Shown: positions 41,085 to 51,105, counted from the first letter of the stretch. The stretch is 64,000 bases of DNA from Vicinamibacteria bacterium (GCA_964291235.2 OZ219815.1:512001-576000), one strand, 5' to 3'. The notes: generated by a model from the letters alone, not told the origin. Numbers and translations: made by a program.

Positions 41085-41482
41085 GCGTCGTCCGCGGCGG
41101 AGGAACCGACAACGGCCTCGACCTCGATTTCGACGAGGTACTCCTCGCCGATCAGATCCGCGTAGGTGAGCGTGCAGGCGGGCCGGACCGCGGAGAAGAA
41201 CTCGCCGTGAACCGCCGCCACGGCCTTCCAGTCGGCCCCCGGCTTGACATGGATCCGGGTGCGCACCACGTCGGCGAGCACTCCTCCGAGCGCCTCGATC
41301 GCGGTCCGGATCTTCCCGAGCGCGTAGCGGGTCTGCTCGTGCACGTCCCCGATCGCGACCGGGCCGCCCGGACCCGTCGCGGTCGTCCCCGAGACGAGGA
41401 TACGGTCCCCAACCCTGGTTGCGCGGGAGTAGCCGAATTCGGACTCCCAGGAAACTCCGCTGTCGATGCTCTGCCGGTTCAT
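41081..41482 (-). CDS. RidA/YjgF family protein
   Basis: WESEFGYSRA, VSGTT, DVVRTR, RPACTL, LVEIEVEA. Confidence 0.9.
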   Translation of the reverse strand: MNRQSIDSGVSWESEFGYSRATRVGDRILVSGTTATGPGGPVAIGDVHEQTRYALGKIRTAIEALGGVLADVVRTRIHVKPGADWKAVAAVHGEFFSAVRPACTLTYADLIGEEYLVEIEVEAVVGSSAADDA

Positions 41483-42571
41483 GGGTGGCGCATTGTAGGA
41501 GCGCCGGCCGGCGCCGCCGGCGCCCGTTCCACGAACATGGCGTCGCCGTAGGAGTAGAAGCGGTACCGCTCCCGAACCGCCTCGCGGTAGGCCGCCAGCA
41601 CCTGCTGTGTCCCGCCGAGCGCCGCGACCAGCATCAGCAGCGAACTCTCGGGCAGGTGGAAGTTGGTCACCATCGCGGACACCACCCGGAAGCGGTGACC
41701 CGGAAGAATCAGCAAGGAGGTCTCACCGCTCGCCACGTCGGCGTCGAGCACTCCGGGCGTCTCCAGCACCCGGACCGTCGTGGTTCCCACCGCGACGACC
41801 CGCCGCCCCCGGGCCAGTTGGGACGAGACCGCCTCCCGAGTCTCCGGAGGAATCGAAAAACGTTCGGCGTCCAGGGTGTGCTCCCGGGGATCCTCCACGC
41901 GCACCGGGGCGAAGGTGCCGTAGCCGACGTGGAGCACGAGGTCGGCCACCGCGACGCCCCGCGCTTGCAACCGCTCGAACATGAGGGCATCGAAGTGGAG
42001 CCCGGCGGTCGGCGCCGCCACCGAGCCGGGCGTCCGCGCGTACACCGTCTGGTAACGCTCGCGGTCGCGGCCGGCGGCCGCTTCCGGGCTCTCCCGATCC
42101 CGCCGGATGTACGGAGGCAGCGGGGTCCGGCCCGCCGCTTCGGCGAGCCCGATCGGATCGGGCGCGCCCGAGAGAATCCGGACCCGGCGCGCCCCGCCGC
42201 CGAGATCGTCGCCCACTTCGAGACGCACGCTCCCCGACTCCCCGGCCCGCAGCCGGACGCCGGGGCGCAGAGCCGGCCGGGTGAGCGCCCGAAAAAGGTC
42301 CGGTGGCCCCGGTGCGCCGGGCAGCAAGAACACCTCGACGCGACCGCCGCCGGCCTCCTTGCGGGCCGGGATCCGGGCCGGAATCACCCGGGTGACGTTC
42401 CGCACCAGCAGGTCACCCGGCCGGAGCAGCCCCGGAAGATCCGGGAAAGCCGAGGTGCGTCGCCCGGCCGTCCCGGCCGAGGTGGAGCAGGCGCGCGTCG
42501 CTCCGCGCGGCGGGCGGGTGCTGGGCGATGAGGTCTTCAGGCAGCTCGAACCTGAAGTCGGAGGTCCTCAC
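41479..42571 (-). pseudogene. queA: S-adenosylmethionine:tRNA ribosyltransferase-isomerase QueA, +1 frameshift near 42445 (likely sequencing error)
   Basis: MRTSDFRFELPEDLIAQHP...HLG/FPDLPGLLRPGDLLVRNVTRVIPAR, PLPPYI, YQTVYA, AAPTAGLHF, TNFHLPES, YRFYSYGDAM; span is 364 codons plus 1 nt. Confidence 0.92.
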
Positions 42572-42594
42572 CTCCCCACCCGGGCGCCGTCCGA

Positions 42595-43623
42595 TCAGCC
42601 GGACTGTCCGGCGGGGGAACCGGGAAACAGCGTCCCCGACGCCGCCCGGCCCAGATGCCGCGCACCCCGATCGGTGATCATCCGTCCCTTCGCCGTCCGC
42701 CTCAGGAAGCCGCGGTAGATGAGGTACGGCTCATGGACCTCCTCAAGGGTTCGGTTGTCCATCCCGAGCGTCGCGGCGAGATTGGCCACCCCCACCGGCC
42801 CGCCGGAAAAATTGTCGAGCAGGCTCTCCAGGATCTTGCGGTCGAAACGATCGAGTCCCTGCGCATCCACCTGGGCGATTTCGAGCAGCGCGAGCGCGGT
42901 GTCGCGCCGGATCGTGCCGTCGCCGCGCACCTGGGCGTAATCGCGTACCCGGCGCAGCAGGTTGTTGGCGACCCGCGGCGTCCCGCGCGCCCGAGTCGCG
43001 AGTTCCCGCCCGGCATCCGGCTCCAGCCGAACCCGCAGCACCCGGGCGGCGCGGGCCAGCACCCGCTCCACTTCCTCGATGGAATAGAACTCGAGCTGGT
43101 GGACGAGAGGAAATCGGTCCCGGAGGGGGCCGGTCAACAGGTCGGCGCGCGTGGTGGCGCCGACCAGCGTGAAGGGCGGCAGGTCGATGCGGAGGCTATG
43201 GGCTCCCAGCTTCTCGCCGACCATGATGTCCACGTAGTGGTCCTCCATGGCCGGATAGAGGACTTCGGCAACCGCGGGAGCGAGGCGATGGATCTCGTCA
43301 ATGAACAGGATCTCGTTGCGCGCCAGCGAATTCAGCAAGGCGACCATGTCTCCGGTGCGGGGGACGAGCGGACCCGCCGACGTGTGCATGGGAACCTCGA
43401 GTTCCCGGGCGAGCACCGCGGCGAGCGAGGTCTTGCCGAGGCCGGGAGGGCCGTGCAGGAGCACGTGATCGAGCGGTTCTCCCCGGGCGCTCGCGGCGCC
43501 AACGCTGATTTCGAGTTGTTCGAGGACGGCGCCCTGGCCGACGTATTCGCCGAAGTCCCGCGGCCGCAGACTCTGGTGGAACTCTTCGTCCCGGCGTCCG
43601 GGCGGAGCCTTCGGGGTGTCCAT
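42595..43623 (-). CDS. ruvB: Holliday junction branch migration helicase RuvB
   Basis: SLRPRDFGEYVGQ, GPPGLGKT, FIDEIHRL, LYPAMED, FTLVGATTR, RGTPRVAN. Confidence 0.97.
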   Translation of the reverse strand: MDTPKAPPGRRDEEFHQSLRPRDFGEYVGQGAVLEQLEISVGAASARGEPLDHVLLHGPPGLGKTSLAAVLARELEVPMHTSAGPLVPRTGDMVALLNSLARNEILFIDEIHRLAPAVAEVLYPAMEDHYVDIMVGEKLGAHSLRIDLPPFTLVGATTRADLLTGPLRDRFPLVHQLEFYSIEEVERVLARAARVLRVRLEPDAGRELATRARGTPRVANNLLRRVRDYAQVRGDGTIRRDTALALLEIAQVDAQGLDRFDRKILESLLDNFSGGPVGVANLAATLGMDNRTLEEVHEPYLIYRGFLRRTAKGRMITDRGARHLGRAASGTLFPGSPAGQSG

Positions 43624-43640
43624 TCCGGGTTCGGGGCCGG

Positions 43641-45641
43641 TCAGTGTTCCCGTTCGGGCCCGGGAGCGGGGAGCGAGGTGAACTCGGAGACTTCCCCCTC
43701 GGGCGCCGGCAGATTGAGGATGCGCATGAGGTCGAGCGCGTTGCCGCGAGCGAGGACGCCGTCCCGAAGCTGATAGTCGAACTCCATCGCTCCGTCCACC
43801 ACCCGCTCGGTGAAGTGCATGTTGCGCACCCGGCCGGGGAGTTCGTGGGCCAGCTCGGTGAGCGACAGGTCGTGCGTCGTCATCACCCCGACGGCGGACC
43901 GGCGGCCGAATTCACGCAGGAGAGCGGCAGCCGCGGCGCGGCGATCGTCGGAGTTCGTCCCCTGCAGCACCTCGTCCAGCAGGAAGAGCAGCGGCTCCCC
44001 GGCCGAGCCGGTGCCGAGCACCGCCTTGAGCGCCAGCAGTTCGGCGAGGAAACGGGAGACCCCGTCCTGAAGGGAGTCGTGGACGGCGATCGAGGCGCCG
44101 AGCGCGAGCGGCCCCAGCCGAAAGGTGGTCGCGGCGACCGGCGCACCGAGACGCGCCAGCAGGAAATTGACACCGATGGTTCTGAGCAGCGTGCTCTTGC
44201 CGGACATGTTGGAGCCGGTGACGATCAGCACATCCGCTTCGCCGCGGCCGAGACGCACGTCGTTGCGCTGCAACCGCGCCTCCGGGATCAAGGGATGACC
44301 GAGACCCTTCGCCTCGAGTCCGGCAACGTCATCGAACTCGGGAAACACGTGCCCCGGACGCTCGATGGAGTACTGGGCGAGCGCCAGCAGGGCATCGAAC
44401 TCGCCCGCGGCGCGGACCCACCCGCGCGCCTCCTCCTGGTGCCGCCGGCGCCAACGGTCGATGGCCCACATGTGATGCGTGCCCCAGAAGAGGAGTGCGG
44501 CCACGGGGGCGAAGAGGAGGTTGCGGCGCGCGCCGAGGCGAATCTGAAGCCGTTCGAGCTTCCCGAGCGCCACCTGGGCACGCTCCAGACGTTGGGCGAG
44601 CTCGGTCAGCAGTGGCGTCGAAAGGTCCTCGGCGGTCGCCGAGCGCGCGATCTGCCGGATGCCGGCGATCTCGGATTCCATCAGCCTGAGGACGGTTTCC
44701 TGCTCCCGCACCCGCAACCGGAGCCAGAGGCCGAAAGCCGCCGACAGAGACACCGCGGACAGGAAGAAGAGCCCGTCGCCGGCCGATGCCCAGCGGAAGA
44801 GCCCGAAGAGCATGGCGGCGCTGAGCGAAACCGCCATGGCTCCCAGCGCCAGTTCGGTCCTCCGGGGGGCGCCTCCGGCAGGCGTCTCCGCCCCTCCGGT
44901 CGGATCCGCGCCCGTCCCGCCATCCGTCCCGCCATCCGAGCTCAGCCAATCCACCACCACCGATGATCGGGTGCTCGGCCACGGCTCGAGACAACCGGCC
45001 GCCGCGAGCTGTTCCCGAATCTCGATCCGGGAGCCGAGTTCCCGCGCCGCGGCCTGGCGTGCCGTCACCTCCGCCGGCGGCGCGGCCTGGAGCAGCCACC
45101 CGGCGAGCGTTTCGCCGCCCGTGTCGGTCCGCCAGTCGGCAAGCCGCTCGAAGATGCCCCCGGATCCGAACAGGTCCAGATGGTCCCCGAGATGGCTTTC
45201 CCCGAGCGCGGCGACCCGGTGGCGCCGATTGGCGAGGCGGTGATCTTCGTCAACCGTATTCCGGTGGGCCGGGGTCCCGCCTCTCTGGATGGCCGCTGCC
45301 GGGGTGCCCGGACTGCCGGCCTCGCCCTCGGTGTCGCGGTCCACGCGGATGGCGGCGCGGTGGTGGAGTTGAGCGATGTGGTGCACCCCGCGCGCCCGGC
45401 TCAGCAGGCGCTCGTGAACGAAAGCCAGCCCGACAAAGGCCGCCACGGGAATGAAAACCCACCAGGGGGACCAGAGAACCGCGTCACCGGCCCCGAGCGC
45501 CAGGACGAGCGCCACCGCGACCACCGCCAGGCGCGCCGTCGAGATGCGGCGGACCCGACCGAGCAGCGCCGATGCCTCCGACAGGCTTTTCTGGGCCCGG
45601 CTCCAGAACTCGTTGGTGTCGGCGGGTGAGGGAGCGGTCAT
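43641..45641 (-). CDS. Membrane-anchored MutS-related ATPase (domain V, lacking the mismatch-recognition domain)
   Basis: N-terminal and internal TM pairs; DLDLFGSGGIF, GHPLI, TGSNMSGKSTLLR, DSLQDGVSRFLAEL, LDEVLQGTNS, TTHD, FDYQLRDG. Confidence 0.88.
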   Translation of the reverse strand: MTAPSPADTNEFWSRAQKSLSEASALLGRVRRISTARLAVVAVALVLALGAGDAVLWSPWWVFIPVAAFVGLAFVHERLLSRARGVHHIAQLHHRAAIRVDRDTEGEAGSPGTPAAAIQRGGTPAHRNTVDEDHRLANRRHRVAALGESHLGDHLDLFGSGGIFERLADWRTDTGGETLAGWLLQAAPPAEVTARQAAARELGSRIEIREQLAAAGCLEPWPSTRSSVVVDWLSSDGGTDGGTGADPTGGAETPAGGAPRRTELALGAMAVSLSAAMLFGLFRWASAGDGLFFLSAVSLSAAFGLWLRLRVREQETVLRLMESEIAGIRQIARSATAEDLSTPLLTELAQRLERAQVALGKLERLQIRLGARRNLLFAPVAALLFWGTHHMWAIDRWRRRHQEEARGWVRAAGEFDALLALAQYSIERPGHVFPEFDDVAGLEAKGLGHPLIPEARLQRNDVRLGRGEADVLIVTGSNMSGKSTLLRTIGVNFLLARLGAPVAATTFRLGPLALGASIAVHDSLQDGVSRFLAELLALKAVLGTGSAGEPLLFLLDEVLQGTNSDDRRAAAAALLREFGRRSAVGVMTTHDLSLTELAHELPGRVRNMHFTERVVDGAMEFDYQLRDGVLARGNALDLMRILNLPAPEGEVSEFTSLPAPGPEREH

Positions 45642-46243
45642 CCGGAGATCCGAGCGGACAGGCGGCCGAGGGCCGCCTTGAAGAGAACCTGCAGGTCGGC
45701 GTCGGGCATTTCGGTCCGCACGGCGGTCACGACCTCTTCGACGCGGCGCCGGTCCGTGAACTGAAGGTTCGCGAAGGCGGTGATCAGTTGGTCATGCACC
45801 GGATCGCGAGGGGCCGCCGCCGGCGCCGGGGTGGCCGGTTCCTCCGGGAGCGCCTCGGCGAGCTCCGTAATGAGACGCCGCGCCAGCTTCGCCCCCACTC
45901 CCGGAGCCGTCTGGAGCAGCTTCACTTCCTTGTCCCGGATCGCCTGGCGAAGCCGGGGAACGGACAGCGACAGGATGTTCAGGGCCACCGCGGGACCGAC
46001 ACCACTCACTCCCCGGAGCTGATCGAAGAACGCGGCTTCCTCGCTCTCCGCGAAGCCGAAGAGCTGAACCGCCTCGTCGCGATGGAGCAACATCCGGACG
46101 GTCAGCGACACCGCGTCCCCCGGCCCTCCCAGACGCGAGGCGGTTCCCGTGGAAACCTGGAGCCGGAAGCCGATTCCCTGGACGTCCACCAGGACACACC
46201 CGTCGCCGGTCTCGAGGAGCCTGCCCGCGAGGCGCTCGATCAC
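45638..46243 (-). CDS. ruvA: Holliday junction DNA-binding protein RuvA
   Basis: MIERLAGRL, VDVQGIGF, LFGF, VSGVGPAVAL, PGVGAKLARRLITEL. Confidence 0.93.
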   Translation of the reverse strand: MIERLAGRLLETGDGCVLVDVQGIGFRLQVSTGTASRLGGPGDAVSLTVRMLLHRDEAVQLFGFAESEEAAFFDQLRGVSGVGPAVALNILSLSVPRLRQAIRDKEVKLLQTAPGVGAKLARRLITELAEALPEEPATPAPAAAPRDPVHDQLITAFANLQFTDRRRVEEVVTAVRTEMPDADLQVLFKAALGRLSARISG

Positions 46244-46791
46244 CGGGGACCTCCCTGGGTGGCGCGGGCCAGCCGGGCCTTGGCGCGCCGGGCGTCCAGA
46301 TGGCAGATTGCGACGGCAAGCGCGTCCGCCGCGTCGTCCGAGGCCGGGGGCTCGGCCATCCCCAGCCGCCGGGCCACCATGGTGGCCACCGCGCCCTTGT
46401 CGGCGGCTCCGTAGCCGGTGAGCGCCTGTTTGACGCTCCGCGGGCTGTATTCGGTCACGGGGACCTCCCCAGCCGCGACCAGCACAGCGCCGCGGGCGTG
46501 GCCGAGAGTGAGGGCGGCGCCGGCGTTCGCCGCGCTGAAAACCGACTCCACCGCCAGCTCATCGGGCCGAAGCCGCTGGATGACCGCGCCCATTTCCCGG
46601 TGAAGCCGCCTCAGGCGCTCCACCAGCGGGTCCCTGGGCGGGCACCGGACGATCCCGAAGTCCACGACCCGCAGCCTACCCGCCGTTTCCTCCACCGCGC
46701 CCCAGCCGCTGATCCGCGAACCGGGATCGAGTCCGACGACCCGAGTCGTGGACTGGGAATCGGTCTGATTGGCGGCAGGGGACGAATGCAA
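46240..46791 (-). CDS. ruvC: Crossover junction endodeoxyribonuclease RuvC
   Basis: VVGLDPG, AVESVF, LGHARG, VKQALTGYGAADK, DDAADALAVAICH. Confidence 0.95.
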   Translation of the reverse strand: MHSSPAANQTDSQSTTRVVGLDPGSRISGWGAVEETAGRLRVVDFGIVRCPPRDPLVERLRRLHREMGAVIQRLRPDELAVESVFSAANAGAALTLGHARGAVLVAAGEVPVTEYSPRSVKQALTGYGAADKGAVATMVARRLGMAEPPASDDAADALAVAICHLDARRAKARLARATQGGPR

Positions 46792-46805
46792 GAGAAGAAA
46801 CGGCG

Positions 46806-47555
46806 TCAGGACCGAGCGACGTCCAGCTCTTCGTCGTCCATGTCGAAGTTCGCCCAGACGCCGATCACGTCCTCGTGATCCTCAAGCGCCTCCATGAGCT
46901 TCAGAACCCGCTGCGCCTCGCCGCCGGCGACCCGAACATGCTGGGTCGCGAGCATGGCGATCTCCTCGCTGTCGCAGGGGATTCCGTTCGATCCCAGCGC
47001 ATCCCTCACGGCGGCGAATGCTTCGGGCGGGCACCGCAGGTCCCAATGCTCGCCGTCCTCGAGTACGTCGCTGCCTCCGCTCGACAGGACGAGATCGATC
47101 AGATCGTCTTCGGAAGCCTGCTCCTTGGGGACCAGGAATTGGCCGGCCTTTTCGAACATCCAGTTGACGGAGCCGCTTTCGCCGAGGTTCCCGCCGTACT
47201 TGGAGAACAGGTGGCGCACGTCGCTCACCGTCCGGTTCCGGTTGTCCGTCGCCGCCTGGACGAAGACGGCCACCCCGCCGGCCCCGTAGCCTTCGTAGCT
47301 CGTCTCTTCCATCCGAAAACCGGGAAGGTCGCCGGTTCCCTTCTTGATGGCGCGAGCGATGTTGTCGCGGGGGACGTTGCCCGCCTTCGCCTTTTCCACC
47401 GCGAGGCGCAGCCGCGGATTGAACTGCAGGTCGCCGCCACCGATGCGCGCCGCCATCGTGACTTCCTTGAGCAGCCGCGTGAACGCTTTTCCGCGCTTCG
47501 CATCCACGATCGCCTTCTTGTGGCGAATCGAGTGCCATTTGCTGTGTCCCGACAA
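46806..47555 (-). CDS. yebC: YebC/PmpR family protein
   Basis: (TTG)SGHSKWHSIRHKK, NPRLRLA, YEGYGAGG, TDNRNRT, LEDHEDV...ANFD. Confidence 0.95.
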   Translation of the reverse strand: MSGHSKWHSIRHKKAIVDAKRGKAFTRLLKEVTMAARIGGGDLQFNPRLRLAVEKAKAGNVPRDNIARAIKKGTGDLPGFRMEETSYEGYGAGGVAVFVQAATDNRNRTVSDVRHLFSKYGGNLGESGSVNWMFEKAGQFLVPKEQASEDDLIDLVLSSGGSDVLEDGEHWDLRCPPEAFAAVRDALGSNGIPCDSEEIAMLATQHVRVAGGEAQRVLKLMEALEDHEDVIGVWANFDMDDEELDVARS

Positions 47556-47695
47556 CGACCGAGTTCTCCCATTGGCCCGTTCCGGTCCGACCCTTGCTCC
47601 CGAATGTCCATCACCGAGAGACTCCGGCGAGCGCTGCCGCCGGGGCAGGCCGCCGAAAATCGTAACCCAATCGGCGGCGATTCTCCCGCCGGCCA

Positions 47696-47776
47696 GGGAA
47701 CGCCGGCCTCCCGGCCGGCACAGCGGGCCGCAGGGCCGGGTCAGCATGGACCCCACCCGTCGGTATGGCTCCCCTC
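47696..47776 (+). repeat. Double-hairpin REP variant with conserved tail (homologous to 58230-58312)
   Basis: GGGAAC-GCCGGCC-TCCC-GGCCGGC-ACA-...GCA loop...ATGGCTCCCCTC is shared with 58230-58312. Confidence 0.7.
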
Positions 47777-47851
47777 CCGGCGGAACCCCAGTGGAAACAG
47801 TGGCCTGTTGGAGACTCCCTCTGCCGGTACAACTTGCAGCTGACCAAAGGG

Positions 47852-48691
47852 CTAATCGTCGAACACGAAGGCCGGTTCCGCGTAGTAGCGGACCCGGCCG
47901 GACTCGAAGCGATCGGCAACGAGGTCCTCGAGACGGCGTCGCTTCTCCTCGAGCGGGAGCTTCACTTCGAGAAACGAGAGCGGCAGGTTGAAACCCAGCA
48001 CGCGCCGGGGAACCAGGAACCGCGTGATCCCGGACGGCAGCCGCTCGCCGGCTTCGGTGGTCGCCAGCACCTGCTCCTTGGAGATGCCGGTGTACTCGAG
48101 CAGTCCTCCAAACTCGGGGTACGCGGACCGGACCTGATCGAGATCGCGATGGGCAATCCGGGCCAGCCGCGCTCGCCGGTGCGTATAGCGGGTGCAGAGT
48201 TCCCGGAGCGCTCTGGCCCGCTCCGCCGGTTCCCGCGGACCGACCAGCACCGTCTCATCGCCGTCCGGCAGCCAGAGCTTGCAGAGGGGATACCCGTCCG
48301 GCGGGTCGGGCAATGTCTCCCGACCCTGAATCCGGGTTCCCGCCGGCGGGTCGTCAACGATGGCGGCGGCCTCCCGGGTGCGGATCACGTGGTTCCAGTG
48401 CGACAGGTCCAGCACCGGGTCCGCGAACGTTTCGGTCTGCACCAGGGCGTGGCGGACACCCATGCGCGCCAGGGCTTCGATCCGATTCGCCCCGTCGAGC
48501 AGCAGTCTCCGCCCGGTCTCCAGGCGCGCGACGATGGGCGGATTTCGCAGGATGCCATCGGTGCTCAGGCGTTCGATCAGGGCCGCCACCCGGGCGAGAT
48601 CCACTTCTTCGTGCAGGCGGATCTCGCGGATCGCCACCACTTCCATGACCGGAATCCCGGGTTCGGGGTGCTGCTCGCCGGTACTGGACAC
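47852..48691 (-). CDS. ParB/Srx-fold protein, SbnI/SerK-like (putative free serine kinase)
   Basis: IRLHEE, ILRNPPIV, LLDGANRIEAL, SHWNH, GERLPSGITRF, RYYAEPAFVFDD. Start is GTG 48691 or ATG 48646. Confidence 0.7.
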   Translation of the reverse strand: MSSTGEQHPEPGIPVMEVVAIREIRLHEEVDLARVAALIERLSTDGILRNPPIVARLETGRRLLLDGANRIEALARMGVRHALVQTETFADPVLDLSHWNHVIRTREAAAIVDDPPAGTRIQGRETLPDPPDGYPLCKLWLPDGDETVLVGPREPAERARALRELCTRYTHRRARLARIAHRDLDQVRSAYPEFGGLLEYTGISKEQVLATTEAGERLPSGITRFLVPRRVLGFNLPLSFLEVKLPLEEKRRRLEDLVADRFESGRVRYYAEPAFVFDD

Positions 48692-48806
48692 AGGGCCGCG
48701 ATTGTAGAGTCCGGGTTCCGGACCGGGGGCCAGACTCCGACAAGTCGCCGCTCTGCGGCGCCGCGGTATTGGTAGAATTTCGGGTTCGTTCGTCCGGCTT
48801 CTCCCT

Positions 48807-50033
48807 ATGTCTGCTGATTTCCGCTCCCGCGGGCTCTTGGTCCTGGGGCTTGGACTGCTCATCGGGCTTCCGGCGTGCTCCGGTGGCGGCGGGGATTCCA
48901 TCCGGATCGGAGCCGCGCTTCCCCTGAGCGGGAAACACGCGAATGTCGGCGGGTTCCTGAGAGACGGGTACCAGCTCGCCGTTCAGGAGGCGAACGCCCA
49001 GGGAGGCGTGGAGATCGACGGAGTCCAGCGGACGATCGAGCTGCGCGTTTACGACGACAAGAGCGACGCATCCATCTCTCCCAGTTTGCTGGAGCGCCTG
49101 ATCGCCGTTGACGGCGCCGTCGCTCTGCTGTCGGGTTACTCGACTCCGTTGGTTCAGGCGCAGGTCATCGTGCCCATGCGTCGGGGAATCCCCTTCGTGA
49201 ACGCCGGGGGAGCGTCGAAGTCGATCTTCCGCGAGGGGAACCAGTGGGTCTTTGGCGCGCTCAGCCCCGTCGAGTCGCTCGCCAGCACGACGCTCGAATG
49301 GCTCATGTGGGAACAGGATCAGGACCGGCTGCCCCGGCCTTTGCGGATCGCCATGGTGTGGCAAAACACCGACCACGGACGGGAATACCGGACGGGGGTG
49401 TTGAGCGTCGTGGAGGAGAATCCCGACAGCTTCGAACTGGTGCTCGACGAATCCTTCGAACATCTCTCAAGCGACCACACCTCGCTGATCGTCAAGGTCC
49501 GTTCCGTCGCCGCGGATGTCTTCCTCTCCGACGCGCACGAGCCGGATTTCCTCCTGCAGCATCGCGCCTACGTGGAACAGGGACTCGGGCACATCGCGGT
49601 GAGCTACGGAGCCCGCGGCCCGGAGCGCTCGGTGCGCGAGGGTCTCGGCGAAGCGGTCTCCCACCTGGTGTCGGCGCAGTGGTGGACGCGGGCGCTGCCC
49701 TACCCGAGATCCCAGCACTTCATCGAGGAATACGAAAGCCGGTTCGGGGGCCCGGTGACCGAGTATTACCCCGCGGTCGCCTACGAAGCCGCGAGAGCCC
49801 TCATCGCCGCGATCGGGAATGCCGGTTCGACGGAGCCCGAGGCGATTCGCGACGCTCTCCGGGAACTTGAACTCACCGACTCTCTCCTCCCGGGCGAACG
49901 CCTGTATTTCCCCGAGGAGAGCCGGTACCAGATCGAGAACCGCTGCGTCATCGTGCAGAACGAGCCGGACGGAGGAGTTCGCGTCATTTATCCGCCCGAA
50001 GCGGCGGAGGGACCCGCCTTTTTGGGAAGCTGA
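48807..50033 (+). CDS. Branched-chain amino acid-type ABC substrate-binding lipoprotein
   Basis: Lipobox LPAC; IRIGAALPLSG, ANAQGG, YDDKSD, AYEAA...AGST. Confidence 0.9.
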   Translation: MSADFRSRGLLVLGLGLLIGLPACSGGGGDSIRIGAALPLSGKHANVGGFLRDGYQLAVQEANAQGGVEIDGVQRTIELRVYDDKSDASISPSLLERLIAVDGAVALLSGYSTPLVQAQVIVPMRRGIPFVNAGGASKSIFREGNQWVFGALSPVESLASTTLEWLMWEQDQDRLPRPLRIAMVWQNTDHGREYRTGVLSVVEENPDSFELVLDESFEHLSSDHTSLIVKVRSVAADVFLSDAHEPDFLLQHRAYVEQGLGHIAVSYGARGPERSVREGLGEAVSHLVSAQWWTRALPYPRSQHFIEEYESRFGGPVTEYYPAVAYEAARALIAAIGNAGSTEPEAIRDALRELELTDSLLPGERLYFPEESRYQIENRCVIVQNEPDGGVRVIYPPEAAEGPAFLGS

Positions 50034-50193
50034 GGCCCAGACGCCCTAACACCCATGCGAAGGACCTTGCATCGAGGTCTCCGCCCCGAGTCCGGGGTGT
50101 AAATCGCTCCGCGTGGCGCTCCGAGGCGACGTGCGATGGGGCGGCACTGCTCTCCCGCCGTCCCGGACTTAACAGCGCAGGACGGGCCGCCAT

Positions 50194-51048
50194 TTGGTTG
50201 ACCTCCTCTCGGTCCTGGCCTCCGGGATTCTGGTGGGCACGGTGTACGCGTACATGGCGTACGGGCTGGGTCTGATCTACGGTGTCCTGCGGGTCGTCAA
50301 TCTCGCCCACGGAGCCTTCCTGACCCTCGGCGTGTATGTGACCTGGTGGCTCAACACGACCTTCGGCATCGACCCGCTTGTCTCGCTCCTGATCACGGTT
50401 CCCCTCGGCTTTGCGCTCGGGGCCACGGTCGAGCGGACTCTGGTGTTCCGCCTCCGGGACAGCCCGCCGGTCACCACCCTGCTCTTGCTGTTCGGGGTGT
50501 GGCTCATCGTCCGCAACGTGCTGTATCTCGTGTTCGGCGGGGCCGACCGGTCGCTCCTGACGTCGTATTCGCTCGAGTCGCTGGCGGTGGGACCGCTGAC
50601 CCTGAGCATCCCGCGGCTCATCGTCTCCGGCTTTTCGTTGCTCGGCTTCGTGGTGCTCGCCGTCATGCTGAAGCGCACCTGGGCCGGTCTGTCGCTTCGC
50701 GCCGTCGCTCAGGACCGTGAGGCCGCGGCCCTTTCGGGCGTCCCGGTGAACCGGGTGTGGGCGATCGCGTTCGGAATCGGCTCGGCGCTCGCGATGTCGG
50801 CGGGCAGCTTGATGTCGCTGTTCTACTCCGTTACTCCGGAATTTGGCGCCCGGTTCCTTCTGAAGAGCTTTTGCGTCGTCGTGCTCGGAGGACTCACCAA
50901 CATCGGCGGCATCCTCATCGCCGGCATCGGGCTCGGGATCGCCGAGGACCTGACCGCCTTCTATGTGCACACCGGCTACCGGGACGTGGTGAGCTTCCTG
51001 GTCCTGACCGCCGCTCTCGTCCTGCGCAGCGCCGACGCCGATAGCTAA
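50194..51048 (+). CDS. livH: Branched-chain amino acid ABC permease
   Basis: GLGLIYGVLRVVNLAHG, LRAVAQDREAAALSGV, VVVLGGL. Confidence 0.9.
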   Translation: MVDLLSVLASGILVGTVYAYMAYGLGLIYGVLRVVNLAHGAFLTLGVYVTWWLNTTFGIDPLVSLLITVPLGFALGATVERTLVFRLRDSPPVTTLLLLFGVWLIVRNVLYLVFGGADRSLLTSYSLESLAVGPLTLSIPRLIVSGFSLLGFVVLAVMLKRTWAGLSLRAVAQDREAAALSGVPVNRVWAIAFGIGSALAMSAGSLMSLFYSVTPEFGARFLLKSFCVVVLGGLTNIGGILIAGIGLGIAEDLTAFYVHTGYRDVVSFLVLTAALVLRSADADS

Positions 51049-51105
51049 GCAACCCGTGGCCAGAGCATTCCGCATGACGTCCACCCGGGCAACGTTCGCG
51101 AGAGG

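Noticed and set aside
42400-42571. Programmed ribosomal frameshifting in queA (or ubiX)
   Set aside because: No such mechanism known to me for these genes; similar indels occur in unrelated genes across the window, which favours sequencing error.
47852-48691. Chromosome-partitioning ParB call
   Set aside because: No HTH or dimerisation domain, no adjacent parA, and the C-terminal region resembles SbnI instead.
50034-50193. Possible ncRNA or attenuator between the SBP gene and livH (also 55000-55231 and 2423-2602)
   Set aside because: Only generic GC-rich pairing; no recognisable RNA family motif and no second copy to show covariation.
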